Origin: a phage
Sequence record: PQ400056.1
Reading direction: 5' to 3' (one strand)
Length of the DNA: 64,000 nt
The first letter of the stretch is position 1; every line of letters starts with the position of its first letter. Made by a program: the position numbers and the translations under genes. Positions 1 to 10,695 of this stretch are shown here, piece by piece. The notes below the pieces were generated by a model. It did no database searches and was not told the origin of the DNA. It was given only the letters and a program-made list of their open reading frames with translations.

Positions 1-75
1 TAGAATCTACCTTTTATCGCTTTCTGTGTCTCGATATCCCAAAATTTTGTTTTTGCCACAACAAACACCTCACAC

Positions 76-83
76 AATAAATA
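76..83 (+). promoter_or_regulatory. possible T4-type late promoter variant (AATAAATA) upstream of gene 34
   Basis: AATAAATA about 29 nt upstream of the gene 34 ATG; differs from the TATAAATA late core at the first base. Confidence 0.25.
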
Positions 84-111
84 ATTTCATATTATAACAG
101 GAGACCCAATA

Positions 112-3100
112 ATGGCAGATTTTTCTCAACATTTCAAGGCCACATTTGGCTTTGACGCTGGTAATGAAAAGGTCGTCAATGTAGCATACGCAGATAAAAA
201 CACATCAACGGATGCGGTCAACGTTGAATTTTTCAATTACCATAATGGCATTACTCAGTATGACACAACTCGCGGTTATGATCAATACGGAACTACAATC
301 TATCAAAACCGTCCGTATTATGCAAAAGAAGATATCACAAAGCCAGCAGGTGATTTTGACCCGACTAAATGGCAAGCACTGCGCACGGACCCACGTTGGG
401 ATTATATTGCAGCAACTTCCGGTGATACTCCTTTACAGTCTGGTGATTATATCGCAGCAGATGGTCAATTTGCAAACTTGACTTTCTCTATGCCAACTAA
501 GCCAGCAGAGGGAGACACTATAACAGTAAAAGATATCGGTGGCAAGTGTGGTGTTAACGAATTATCGTTCTTGAGTACAGGACATGAGTTTTACCATAAC
601 GGTAATGTGTATAACCGAAAATGGTATTGCACTACCCCGTATGCAATGAACTATTTCATCTTTGTTCGTAATCGTTGGCATGTTTATCAGACAGGAACAG
701 AGCCACGCGGTGTGTACGCACAGCCAGCGATTGATGCTATTCAAATGCAGAATGGTGACCAGGTATTTCGTCGTAGTTCGTTGGGTAATATTACCTTAGT
801 GCTTCCTAAGTTTGCCAACAATGGCGACATGATCCAGACTACAGACCTTGACGGATTAACCGCAACCAACCACGTTACGGTTAAAGTTCATGAGCACGCA
901 GAAGAACAATCAATTGGCACGTCCGGTCTAAAAGAGATTATCGGTAAGCGTAGCGGTCATGGTGTATTCATCTTTGACAAGACGGAAAACTTATGGCGTT
1001 TGTGGGATGGTGATCAGTCTGTTCGTCTTAAACCGATCATCGATGACACTCGCTTGCAACCTAATAGCTATGTTGCTGTATTTGGTGATCGTGATGTTAC
1101 TCTGACGCTGCCGACCAATGTCGAGCCGGGTGATCGTATTCAAGTTTCTATGCAGTATATGAACGGAAACCAGAATTGCCGTATTATCACCGCCACAGAG
1201 GATACAAAAATCCTTATGCAGAAAAACATGGTTCAGTTTCCTAAGCGTAGCGAGTACCCATTCAATGGGACCGATACATGGACGGGAGTATCTGAATTGT
1301 CTTTCAACGCTGCAAATGATTATGTACCTTATCTGGAGTTCTCTTATTCAGAAGGTGATGATGGTAAGAAATACTGGTTGGTGGCACATGCTCACCCGAT
1401 TGTAGAACGAGTAGATCCGACTCGTAAAGATCGTGTTGGTGTAATTGCACTGGCTACCCAAACTGAAACGAATAAAAACCATGAAGAGAATCCTAGCGAC
1501 GAAGTTGCAGTAACACCAAAAATGCTGGCTAATAAAACCGCCAACGAAACTCGACGCGGTATTGCTCGCATTGCGACTCAAGCGGAAACGCATCAAGATA
1601 CTGGTTCCAACTTCCTGGATGATGTTATCGTTACGCCTAAAAAGTTAAATGACTGTGTTGCTACCGAAGCCCGTCGTGGTGTGATGGAAATTGCAACCCA
1701 GCACGAAACCAATGAAGGTTTAGACGATACCCGCGCTATTACTCCTAAGAAATTAGAAGAACGTCGCGCTTCCGAAGATCTCGCTGGTATTGCTGAAATT
1801 GTTCAGGCTGGCGGCAGTGCTGCCGCTCGACGTGGCGAAGCTGGTACAGGGATCTATAACATCAATGACCATGCTAAAATTGTTACGCCAAAAAACATCA
1901 ACGAAGTCAAGGCGACCGAAACTTCCCGTGGTGTTGGCTATCTGGCAACTGACGCGGAAGTGCAAGGGGCTACAGAATCAACCCCGCAAGATGCTTTACT
2001 AATCACGACTCGCACGCTAACGAAACGTACTGCTACCGAATCGCGCACTGGTATCGCTGAAATTGCAACTCAGGAAGAAACAAACTTAGGTCAAAGTGAT
2101 AACCATATCATCACGCCTAAAAAGTTGCATACTCGCCGCGCAACGGAAACTTTACACGGTTTAGCAGAAATTGCAACTCAACCGGAGTTTGACGCAGGTC
2201 GTGACGATTCTCGCATTTCTACCCCATTGAAGATTAAAACCTTCTTTGAGAATGCACAGCGTTTGAAAGTAGATCCGACTCAGGGGCTTAACCTTACTGG
2301 TGATTTGTGGCAAGGTATCATGATCAGCGGTCTGGATGCAACCGAAGACACAAAAGGTGTCGCTAAAGTTGCGACTACTCAGCTTACTGACGCTGGTCAA
2401 GATGATACTACAATCATCACGCCTAAAAAGCTGCAAGGCAAGAAGGCCACCGAAGGTAAAGAAGGCATTATCCGAGTTGGTACTCAAGCCGAAACCGTGG
2501 CTGGTATTATGGACAATGTAGCAATTTCTCCGAAGAACTTCAAATATGTTGTTCAGACAGAGGATACATGGAAAGCAACCGAAGCGCGTCGTGGATTCTT
2601 GAAAGTTGCTACTCAGGAAAACTGTTTTGTTGGTGATAATCTGCAAGGTTCTACTCAAGAACTAGGAAACTACCAGCATGACGGAATTGCTGTTACCCCT
2701 AAAGGATTAAACTACGCACTTGCTAATTTCTTACCTAAGATGGCAACCGCTCAGAATAGTTTGAAATTGGGTAACGTAGAGGCCTCTAAATGGGCGCGTA
2801 GAGACATTGATCAGACCATAGAGAGCAATTACACGTTTAATAAAAACGTTAACGTGAAGGGCGATTTAGAGTGCTTAAAATCAGGTTCCTTTGAAACTCT
2901 GTCTGTGACTAAGAACTCGACCGATGTTCCGAGTAATGGTCATCTGGTGTTGGGTGATCGTGGAGTTGACGGTCACACCGGAATTACTCTGCATGGCACA
3001 ACCGCATCGGAAGGAATGAAAAACTCTTGGTCTATTATCGTTGGTGGTACTGGAACAGCGCAAGTTGTTGATAGTGATGCTATCTCTTTCGGTAAAATCA

Positions 3101-3852
3101 ATGATGGTGGAGTCGTTGAGCATTACGCCTTTGCTATGAAACACAATGGCGACGCGACAGCATATAGAGACTTTATTGCAGGTCGTAACCTGTATGCGAA
3201 ACAAGGCGGTTTATACATTGTTGACCAGTCTAATCCGGCAATGACTCGTTCCCCAGATGGTACGCTGAATATCGGTCACGGTGGAAGTGTTAACATCAAG
3301 GCAGGGCATCAAACGTTAACTACAGAGATCGCCGGACAGAAGTATCAGATCGTACACGCAGGAAACGCCGACGAAGTTCTTAACCGTCAGTTTGTTAAGA
3401 ATGCTGGCGATACAATGGTCGGTAAGCTGACTATGGATAATGCGCCTATTGTTTCTGTTAAGCATGAAGCTAGCGCGGCAACCGCTCCGGCAATCGGTAA
3501 CATCGGTTTCTGGAATATGCGAGTTACTACCCAGAACATCAAAGAAACTTATCCAGAGAAGAAAAACGGTACTCTGATGCAATGGGGTACTGACGCGGAC
3601 GGGCTTACCCAGCTTTGGTCCCCTGATGGTACTCATAAACATTATATCCGTTCCGGTACTGGTGGTCAATGGACCGCATGGGGTGAAATTTACACCAAAC
3701 AGAACAAGCCTACCGCTCAGGAAATTGGGGCAGTGGTTGCCGAAGGTGGTTTGATGAACTCTATGACGGTTCGTGATTGGATCAAAGTTGGTAATGTTAA
3801 AATCATCGCCAATAATCTGACTCGTACCGTAGACTTTATCTGGGAAGACTAA
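112..3852 (+). CDS. 34: long tail fibre proximal subunit gp34
   Basis: 1246 aa; N-terminus and internal ITPKKL-type repeats match the remembered T4 gp34 pattern (PKPAGDFD, GDTITVKDIGGK, IARIATQAET); AGGAG SD at 99-103. Confidence 0.9.
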   Translation: MADFSQHFKATFGFDAGNEKVVNVAYADKNTSTDAVNVEFFNYHNGITQYDTTRGYDQYGTTIYQNRPYYAKEDITKPAGDFDPTKWQALRTDPRWDYIAATSGDTPLQSGDYIAADGQFANLTFSMPTKPAEGDTITVKDIGGKCGVNELSFLSTGHEFYHNGNVYNRKWYCTTPYAMNYFIFVRNRWHVYQTGTEPRGVYAQPAIDAIQMQNGDQVFRRSSLGNITLVLPKFANNGDMIQTTDLDGLTATNHVTVKVHEHAEEQSIGTSGLKEIIGKRSGHGVFIFDKTENLWRLWDGDQSVRLKPIIDDTRLQPNSYVAVFGDRDVTLTLPTNVEPGDRIQVSMQYMNGNQNCRIITATEDTKILMQKNMVQFPKRSEYPFNGTDTWTGVSELSFNAANDYVPYLEFSYSEGDDGKKYWLVAHAHPIVERVDPTRKDRVGVIALATQTETNKNHEENPSDEVAVTPKMLANKTANETRRGIARIATQAETHQDTGSNFLDDVIVTPKKLNDCVATEARRGVMEIATQHETNEGLDDTRAITPKKLEERRASEDLAGIAEIVQAGGSAAARRGEAGTGIYNINDHAKIVTPKNINEVKATETSRGVGYLATDAEVQGATESTPQDALLITTRTLTKRTATESRTGIAEIATQEETNLGQSDNHIITPKKLHTRRATETLHGLAEIATQPEFDAGRDDSRISTPLKIKTFFENAQRLKVDPTQGLNLTGDLWQGIMISGLDATEDTKGVAKVATTQLTDAGQDDTTIITPKKLQGKKATEGKEGIIRVGTQAETVAGIMDNVAISPKNFKYVVQTEDTWKATEARRGFLKVATQENCFVGDNLQGSTQELGNYQHDGIAVTPKGLNYALANFLPKMATAQNSLKLGNVEASKWARRDIDQTIESNYTFNKNVNVKGDLECLKSGSFETLSVTKNSTDVPSNGHLVLGDRGVDGHTGITLHGTTASEGMKNSWSIIVGGTGTAQVVDSDAISFGKINDGGVVEHYAFAMKHNGDATAYRDFIAGRNLYAKQGGLYIVDQSNPAMTRSPDGTLNIGHGGSVNIKAGHQTLTTEIAGQKYQIVHAGNADEVLNRQFVKNAGDTMVGKLTMDNAPIVSVKHEASAATAPAIGNIGFWNMRVTTQNIKETYPEKKNGTLMQWGTDADGLTQLWSPDGTHKHYIRSGTGGQWTAWGEIYTKQNKPTAQEIGAVVAEGGLMNSMTVRDWIKVGNVKIIANNLTRTVDFIWED

Positions 3853-3856
3853 TTAA

Positions 3857-3874
3857 AGGGGGCGAAAGCCCCCT
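3857..3874 (+). promoter_or_regulatory. GC hairpin between genes 34 and 35 (AGGGGGC-GAAA-GCCCCCT)
   Basis: perfect 7-bp stem with GAAA loop immediately after the gene 34 stop; no T-run, so probably an RNA structure rather than a full terminator. Confidence 0.3.
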
Positions 3875-3885
3875 ATGGGGTTATT

Positions 3886-5025
3886 ATGACACAAGATATA
3901 GAATTACGCAATACTGGAATTAGGTTTGCGCATTTCGACGAAGACTCTGCGACATTTACCAGCATTTCAGAAAATAACTCTGTGATGTATAAGCTGGAAG
4001 TGCGCGGATCTAATGCGGATTCTACCAAACCAGCAAGGATTAGATTTAATGGAGTGGAGATCGTTGGCACTGGCTATGAAAATGGCCTAAATTTTAAAGT
4101 TCTTACTCCAACTGGACAACTACACGAAGAAAAGGTATTCTATGGTCGCGGTGCTGTTTTGGCAATGCGTGATTATCTTTCTTTGCTGAAAGGTGACTAT
4201 ATCATTGCGATGGCAACGCATGGAGAATTGTTTGCAGATCCGATCAGTGATGGTGTATTCTCTAAGCTGGGATCTGTATCATTCCCGAATCACATTTTGC
4301 TACAGCAAATGCCTCGTGTATCATATGCAGCAATTTATTCTACTAAAATGGGTAAAATTGTGTGCGAAGGGATGCAAGCAACTCACGGGGAAGGACAAGA
4401 TTCATCTATACAAATTGAGAAAGTCTATGATACTATAGATGATCTTGCTATAACAGGAACACCACAACGATTTTTAGATTATCCGGTTGAGTATGTTAGC
4501 GAAGATGCCGAACATTTCGAGCTAATACAATGGCCTCATGATGAGACCAGCGCCCCACTTGAGGATTTTAACATAAAGGCAGGTGACAAACTATCAATAT
4601 CCTTTGAATTGTTCCGTGATAGTGCCGCAGCCGCAGCCAACGTAACAGCGCGTTTCTATCACAACTACTTCACCGATGGACAATATCAAACTGGTGTTCG
4701 ATACAATGCCAGCAAAAAAGACCAATGGGAAAAGTTTGAAGCCGTCTATACCGTACCGGAAGGAGTTGATAGTGTAGTAACTGGTTGTATCAGATATCCA
4801 ACCAACTCCAATGAAGGTATTGTTAAAATTAGAAACATACTAATAACGCCGATCAGTGGAGTCGTCAAAACTACTGGTCCTACTTCATTTGGTGTTAATG
4901 GTGTTAGAACAACTCATATTCAGGATAACGGTGATTTTACTAACCCTGTAATGAGTCTTCTTAAACTACCCAGAGATAATAAACACATCACATCCAACAA
5001 CTTTAAAGAGTTCGATGTTGATTAA
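3886..5025 (+). CDS. 35: long tail fibre hinge protein gp35
   Basis: 379 aa; position between 34 and 36 and size match T4 gp35 (about 372 aa). Confidence 0.7.
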   Translation: MTQDIELRNTGIRFAHFDEDSATFTSISENNSVMYKLEVRGSNADSTKPARIRFNGVEIVGTGYENGLNFKVLTPTGQLHEEKVFYGRGAVLAMRDYLSLLKGDYIIAMATHGELFADPISDGVFSKLGSVSFPNHILLQQMPRVSYAAIYSTKMGKIVCEGMQATHGEGQDSSIQIEKVYDTIDDLAITGTPQRFLDYPVEYVSEDAEHFELIQWPHDETSAPLEDFNIKAGDKLSISFELFRDSAAAAANVTARFYHNYFTDGQYQTGVRYNASKKDQWEKFEAVYTVPEGVDSVVTGCIRYPTNSNEGIVKIRNILITPISGVVKTTGPTSFGVNGVRTTHIQDNGDFTNPVMSLLKLPRDNKHITSNNFKEFDVD

Positions 5026-5035
5026 CATTTTTAAC

Positions 5036-5066
5036 AAGCCGATCCATGTGGTCGGCTTTATTTTTA
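5036..5066 (+). terminator. rho-independent terminator after gene 35
   Basis: stem AAGCCGA / TCGGCTT with 9-nt loop followed by TTTATTTTT. Confidence 0.6.
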
Positions 5067-5186
5067 TACAGTTGGTTAAATTGTAACCAAAACGAAGAAA
5101 GATCTTTAGAATAATAGAAAATTTGTTTCGGTTAAAAAATAGCCAGTGCCTACGGCACGTCGCGAAGCGATATTTTGTTAACATTC

Positions 5187-5194
5187 TATAAATA
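5187..5194 (+). promoter_or_regulatory. T4-type late promoter TATAAATA for gene 36
   Basis: exact TATAAATA 33 nt upstream of the gene 36 ATG. Confidence 0.55.
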
Positions 5195-5227
5195 CTCGGA
5201 ACTATAACTAATTTTTGAGGTTACTTT

Positions 5228-6718
5228 ATGGCAGATTTGAAATATGGATCTACTGTAGGTGGATCTCCCATTTGGACGCAAGGAAACTTGACGATCCAGC
5301 CAGCGGGGGATCAGCTTTTCTACAAAGGTCATAAAATCTATACCGCTTTTGATAGACCTTCGGCTACCGATTTTGATGCTGTTAGTGCATCCGAAGGTGG
5401 CACATTTCAAAAGCAAGTTCATTTCGAGGAAGGTTTAAGCGTAGGTAGCGCATCGGCTGGAGAAACCAAAAAGAATGGTATCTTTAAAGGTCAGAGCGAC
5501 GCTGCTAATTTTGACGGCGTAAGCTGGGGTTTGCATTCATGGAAGTCAATCGGCTTTGTTAATGCCCGTGATGGCGTTATTATGGCGTATATTGACACCA
5601 CAACGGGCGAATTTAAGTCTAAAGGGACTATCGAAGGGACAACCATTAAAGACACAGGTCAACGTGTCTATAGCCCTGTTAATAAACCAACGAATAATGA
5701 TTTGGATTTAGTTTCCCGTCGCGGTGATACTCTCTCAGGAACGTATAATTTAAACACTGTCACTGTTAAACTATCGGTTGATTCGAAATTAATTGCAAGG
5801 GAACGTGATTTAATTAATTTTGATGCGACTAAGATCTATTATGGTAACGTTCTTGATACGTTGGTCTTCCGAAGTAAAGATGAGCCTACCATTTTTGTTA
5901 ATGGCAGAGAAGGTCGTTTTTATCACACCAACAATAAACCAACTAAAGCCGATGTTGGGCTAGGCAATGTCACCAATGATGCACAGGTTAAACGTGCTGG
6001 TGATATTATGGAAGGTAACTTGCAAGCGCCTAGAATGTTGGCGACAAACGATCCCGCTGGTCCTAATGAATTGGTTCGTTTGAGCTACTTTGAGCGAAAA
6101 TCAATGGTAGCAAATCCAACCATCATTGGAAACGTTGATTGGAACACTCTTATTAATCGCGGTATCTATCGTGTGGAAAATGCTGGGTCAGGTACTAATA
6201 AACCGTCTGATAGCTATTATAACGGCGTTTTGATGGTATATCGACCAGAAGATGCGGTCGGTACTCGTCGAATTGTTCAGGTGTATTATCCTGAATCTAT
6301 TGACCATCCGATGTGCTGGCGTTCGTGTTCTAATGAATCATGGACTGCATGGAACTATGTAGATCACCGTAAATTAGCCGATATTCGCTATGTTAACGTA
6401 ACTGGCGATACCATGACAGGACCGTTAACTGTTCCGGCTGCAAATGGCGTTAGAACAGCTAAAACTAACTATAACGGGGATAACTGTTATGCGGCGTTAA
6501 GCGGTGCTGATGGTACTGCTATGATTCACCGCATTAGTGATATTAAAGGGACCGAAAAGCTGGGGATCACCCACGACTCAAAGGTCGTGTTTTTCCGTTC
6601 TCGAAACAATACTCAAACCGTGGACCGCTATCAGCTTTATCATGAAGGTAATAAACCTACTCCGGCTGATGTTGGAGCGGTTCCACTTAATGCGGTGATT
6701 GATTTTGGTACTTTCTAA
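5228..6718 (+). CDS. 36: long tail fibre distal subunit gp36 (enlarged)
   Basis: 496 aa; N-terminus MADLKYGSTVGGSPIWTQGN matches T4 gp36 MADLKVGSTTGGS; about twice the T4 length (about 221 aa). Confidence 0.8.
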   Translation: MADLKYGSTVGGSPIWTQGNLTIQPAGDQLFYKGHKIYTAFDRPSATDFDAVSASEGGTFQKQVHFEEGLSVGSASAGETKKNGIFKGQSDAANFDGVSWGLHSWKSIGFVNARDGVIMAYIDTTTGEFKSKGTIEGTTIKDTGQRVYSPVNKPTNNDLDLVSRRGDTLSGTYNLNTVTVKLSVDSKLIARERDLINFDATKIYYGNVLDTLVFRSKDEPTIFVNGREGRFYHTNNKPTKADVGLGNVTNDAQVKRAGDIMEGNLQAPRMLATNDPAGPNELVRLSYFERKSMVANPTIIGNVDWNTLINRGIYRVENAGSGTNKPSDSYYNGVLMVYRPEDAVGTRRIVQVYYPESIDHPMCWRSCSNESWTAWNYVDHRKLADIRYVNVTGDTMTGPLTVPAANGVRTAKTNYNGDNCYAALSGADGTAMIHRISDIKGTEKLGITHDSKVVFFRSRNNTQTVDRYQLYHEGNKPTPADVGAVPLNAVIDFGTF

Positions 6719-6722
6719 TTTT

Positions 6723-6747
6723 AGCGGGGATTATCTCCCCGCTTTTC
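6723..6747 (+). terminator. rho-independent terminator after gene 36
   Basis: AGCGGGGA-TTATC-TCCCCGCT followed by TTTC. Confidence 0.5.
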
Positions 6748-6788
6748 TAAATAATATTATTCTAATAACCGTTTAAGGATTTTATAAA

Positions 6789-9719
6789 ATGGCAGATTTA
6801 AGCAGAATCCAATTTAAACGCACTAGCACTAAAGGTCGTAAACCGGATGCTAGTACGATGAATCCGGGGGAATTGGCAATCAACCTTGCGGATCAATATC
6901 TTCTTACTAAAAATGATTCCGGTGATATTATCAATTTAAGTTGTCCTCCGGTGTATGACCGCGATGTTACAATGGCGGGTAAGGTTAAAGGTAATAATTA
7001 TATCTTAAGTAAAACCGCTAACTATCTGGAAGATCAGACAGCGAGAGATCTTAACTACTTTGGTGCTTTCCGTACCAATGGTCTTGATGGTCTTCTCGAA
7101 CTCACGCTAAACGTTCCTCACTCTTCCGGTGTCCAATATGGTCGAGGATTTACTTTCCAGTATGGACATACTGGATCACGAGTAGAAACCTATGGCTATA
7201 ATAGAGAAGGTCAAAAAGCATTTAGCTATAAAATGTATCACGAAGGTGATAAACCAACTCCAGGAGAATTGAACGTCTATAGCAAACAAGAAGTTGACCG
7301 TATGTTTGTTAAGAACGTTAAACTTGCTACATCTCCTCGTGATATCGTTGAAGGCTATTTTAAATTAGCAACTGCAATGATTCCACAAAACGGTCTTAGC
7401 GTATTTTTCCGTATTCATGGCGGTAACGGATATAACGTTACTGCATACGATCAAGTTGATATTGTAGAAATTGTTATTCGCAGTGGAAATGGTCGCCCTA
7501 AAGGTGTTAACGTTATTGCATATCGCCGAAATACAAACAAATCATTTGATGTTTTGGCTGTTAATACTTCTGGTGATAACTATGATATCTATGTGAAATA
7601 TCAGCGTTACACTGATAACGTTATTGTTGAATTTGGTAAAAGTGTTGGTGTTAATCTGGTAGTTCATGACGTTCCAGATTTTGTTGCTGAACGTCCTGCT
7701 GGTGATAATGTTATTGGCGGTCGTGCTGTAACTCTTTTCAACACCGAAAATAAACGTGGTGTGTTAAGTTTTGATGATAACACACAAAACAGCTATGACA
7801 TTGTTCATCTAAGTAATGATAAAGGTACTGGACGGAAATATATTCGTAAATTCCGTAGCAATTATAACGAAATGGTTTGGCATGAAACCGTTCAGGGTGC
7901 TGTATATCGTCTTGCTACTGGTGCTACAGATTCTACAGAAGTTATTAGAATTGATTCTAATAGTGCAATACCGGGTAATTATAAAGGATATGTAATTACT
8001 GGTAAAATGGAATTGCACGGTGGTGGTAATGCGATGACTTTACATCGACAGACTGGTCAAGCTGCATATATGGCGTGGTGGGGTCGTCGTGATGGTAAAA
8101 ACCAACGTAGTGGTTATATCGGTCATGCGGATGGTACTAGTGATGGTTTTGTGTGGCGTAATGATGTTGGTGCTAACTCATTTGATTTGGAAGGTAGTGG
8201 ACAAGTAAATTTGACTACAGGAAAAACAAAAATTGTATATACCAATGGTCAATATTATTCCGCTAACGCTGATGCATTCCGTATGATTTACGGTAAGTAT
8301 GGTGCATTCTGGCGAAATGATGGTGGTAAAGTTTATCTGTTGTCTACTGCCGAAAATGATAGATTTGGTGGTTGGAATACATATCGACCTTTTATCTACG
8401 ATCTTACTTCCGGTAACGTTCAATTAGGTGGTGATGGAAACGAAGATGTATTAACTCTAGAACGCGCAAGCAAGGCCGCTCGATTCTCTGGCAACGCTTA
8501 CATCAAAGGTCAACATTTAACATTTGATGCTGGTGCTGGACAATCCCGCGATTACTTCCGGTTTAACCATTGGGGCGATAGTAATAACGCTCGCGATAAC
8601 ATCCTACAGATTGAAGACAGTCAGGGTGCACACTTTACCACTGAACGCGCTATGGGTACTGGCAATATCACAGCACGTTTTAAAGGCTTTGTGCGTGTAG
8701 AATCCGGTGAGATTGCCTTTGATGCTAATCGTGGATCTGCGTCTCAATTTACCTTACATACATGGGGTAACGAGCAACGCAAACAGGTTTTTGAATGTAA
8801 GGATGCTACTAGTTATCATTGGTATACCGAACGTACAAACGGTGGAACTGGTCCTATCCTGTTCTCTGTTGCTGGTACATTAAAAACTGCGAGCAATATA
8901 CAGGTTGGCGGTGCTGATATTGAGTTTCGTCGCAGTGGTAATAAGCATTTATGGTTTAGAGATCCGAACGGTTTAGAATTAGGTTTGATGTACTGCGATG
9001 ATGCTGGTGTTATCCGCTTCCGTGGTCAGAAACAAGGTCAAACTTGGAAACTTGCTGATAAAATGATTCATCTTGAGGCGGGGACTGTCGGCGGGTCTGA
9101 TAAAGGTTTGATTCGTGGTAATGTTGCTGGTGGTAGCTGGGCTAGCTGGCGTGATCGTTCTGCCGGAATCCTCGTAGACTGTCCGAACTCAACCGATTCC
9201 GCTCATAACATCTGGAAAGCGACTCATTGGGGAAAATATCATATTGCGGCAATGGGTGTGCATGTTCCTAGTGGTACTATTACCAATGCTTTAGCTCGCC
9301 TAAACGTTCACGACGCCAACTTTGACTTTAACGCTGCGGGTGATTTTAGCGCAGGTCGTAACGGTAGCTTTAACGATGTTTATATTCGTTCTGATACTCG
9401 CCTTAAAATCAATAAGGAAGAGTATAAGGAGAATGCCACCGATAAAGTTAATCGCTTGACGGTATACACCTATGACAAGGTTAAATCTTTAACCGACCGT
9501 ACTGTCATTGCTCATGAAGTTGGTATTATTGCTCAGGATCTTGAAAAAGAATTGCCGGAAGCCGTAACAACTTCTAAGATCGGCGATCCAGATAATCCAG
9601 AAGAGATCTTAACAATTTCTAACTCCGCTGTCAACGCTCTTTTAATTAAGGCGTTTCAGGAAATGAGCGAAGAATTGAAAGCCGTTAAAGCTGAACTAGC
9701 GGAACTTAAAAAGAATTAA
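6789..9719 (+). CDS. 37: long tail fibre distal subunit gp37 with C-terminal intramolecular chaperone domain
   Basis: 976 aa; N-terminus MADLSRIQFKRTSTKGRKPDAS matches T4 gp37 MATLKQIQFKRSKIAG; last about 110 aa (9390-9716) carry the SDxRLK ... VGIIAQ ... coiled-coil signature of self-cleaving C-terminal chaperone domains. Confidence 0.85.
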   Translation: MADLSRIQFKRTSTKGRKPDASTMNPGELAINLADQYLLTKNDSGDIINLSCPPVYDRDVTMAGKVKGNNYILSKTANYLEDQTARDLNYFGAFRTNGLDGLLELTLNVPHSSGVQYGRGFTFQYGHTGSRVETYGYNREGQKAFSYKMYHEGDKPTPGELNVYSKQEVDRMFVKNVKLATSPRDIVEGYFKLATAMIPQNGLSVFFRIHGGNGYNVTAYDQVDIVEIVIRSGNGRPKGVNVIAYRRNTNKSFDVLAVNTSGDNYDIYVKYQRYTDNVIVEFGKSVGVNLVVHDVPDFVAERPAGDNVIGGRAVTLFNTENKRGVLSFDDNTQNSYDIVHLSNDKGTGRKYIRKFRSNYNEMVWHETVQGAVYRLATGATDSTEVIRIDSNSAIPGNYKGYVITGKMELHGGGNAMTLHRQTGQAAYMAWWGRRDGKNQRSGYIGHADGTSDGFVWRNDVGANSFDLEGSGQVNLTTGKTKIVYTNGQYYSANADAFRMIYGKYGAFWRNDGGKVYLLSTAENDRFGGWNTYRPFIYDLTSGNVQLGGDGNEDVLTLERASKAARFSGNAYIKGQHLTFDAGAGQSRDYFRFNHWGDSNNARDNILQIEDSQGAHFTTERAMGTGNITARFKGFVRVESGEIAFDANRGSASQFTLHTWGNEQRKQVFECKDATSYHWYTERTNGGTGPILFSVAGTLKTASNIQVGGADIEFRRSGNKHLWFRDPNGLELGLMYCDDAGVIRFRGQKQGQTWKLADKMIHLEAGTVGGSDKGLIRGNVAGGSWASWRDRSAGILVDCPNSTDSAHNIWKATHWGKYHIAAMGVHVPSGTITNALARLNVHDANFDFNAAGDFSAGRNGSFNDVYIRSDTRLKINKEEYKENATDKVNRLTVYTYDKVKSLTDRTVIAHEVGIIAQDLEKELPEAVTTSKIGDPDNPEEILTISNSAVNALLIKAFQEMSEELKAVKAELAELKKN

Positions 9720-9759
9720 GGAAACTCCCAGGGAAGGGAACTACTAAGGAGAAACGGCT

Positions 9760-9999
9760 ATGGTCTATAATATCGTCATTGGTGCTTTGTCTAATTTCGG
9801 AATGAAATTATTGTCAAAGTTAATTAGTGAAAAGATGCTCACTAAAATTTTCTTCTATTGCGCTCGTCGTCTTGCGGCCTATACCAATACGCCAATTGAT
9901 GATCGTTTCGTGGAAGAACTTTATAAGGAGTTTAATAAAGATCAGTCAGAAGATAGTAACGAGCAAGATAAACCTAGTGATAGTCAAGTACCTAAATAA
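9760..9999 (+). CDS. hypothetical protein (79 aa) in the position of gene 38
   Basis: ORF between gene 37 and holin t; no similarity to the T4 gp38 adhesin/chaperone recognised. Confidence 0.35.
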   Translation: MVYNIVIGALSNFGMKLLSKLISEKMLTKIFFYCARRLAAYTNTPIDDRFVEELYKEFNKDQSEDSNEQDKPSDSQVPK

Positions 10000-10032
10000 G
10001 AGTACACTGTCATAGTTATCTTAGGGCATTAT

Positions 10033-10689
10033 ATGCAAGTTTCTGAAAAAGGGAAAGACTTTGCTATCTCAAATGTCCTGCGCGCTATTTTCACAACTAA
10101 AAGCACGGAGTTGCTCGTACTTCGTGTTTTTGCTGCCGTCGTGTTGTCCATATTAGCATTTGTCGTTTATAGTAAAAACGAGTTATTTGCGCTTTATAAA
10201 GAGACTCGTTATGAGACTTATGCTCACATTCTCCAGGTAGAGAAAGACCGCAATTTTGATAATGCAGCACAGGAGCAGTTACAGATAGTTCATGTGTCGG
10301 CTGATGCCGATTTTTCTGCTGTTTTTAGTTTTCGTCCGAAAAACCTAAACTATTTTGTTGATTTGGTGGCATATGAAGGAAAGCTACCGCATACAATCGA
10401 TGAAAAAAATTTAGGCGGATTCCCTATCAATAAAACGAGTGAAGAATATCGTAGGCATCTTTTAGGTAAATCATATTTTACCGATAAAGATTTCCAGTAT
10501 ATTCCATCAAGAGAAAAGAAATTAGAGAATATCGATATAGGTTTCATGTATTCTTGTCCTATATTCAATCTCGATAATGTCTATTCTGGTAGTATCGCCA
10601 TTTCATGGAAGAATAAACCGGATATTGACATTGAGAATTTAGATACTCTTTGCAATCAATCTGCCAGAATCCTCGGAAGGATTAGATAA
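10033..10689 (+). CDS. t: holin T
   Basis: 218 aa, same length as T4 T; motifs LEQLQIVHVSADADFSAVFSFRPKNLNYFVD and YSCPIFNLDNVYSGSI match remembered T4 holin sequence. Confidence 0.9.
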   Translation: MQVSEKGKDFAISNVLRAIFTTKSTELLVLRVFAAVVLSILAFVVYSKNELFALYKETRYETYAHILQVEKDRNFDNAAQEQLQIVHVSADADFSAVFSFRPKNLNYFVDLVAYEGKLPHTIDEKNLGGFPINKTSEEYRRHLLGKSYFTDKDFQYIPSREKKLENIDIGFMYSCPIFNLDNVYSGSIAISWKNKPDIDIENLDTLCNQSARILGRIR

Positions 10690-10695
10690 CTTAAA

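Noticed and set aside
212-481. Plus-strand 89-aa ORF (and similar short ORFs such as 562-744 minus, 1790-2002 plus, 2161-2658 minus) nested inside gene 34
   Set aside because: Entirely contained within a long, well-supported tail-fibre gene in another frame or strand; no SD; typical spurious ORFs.
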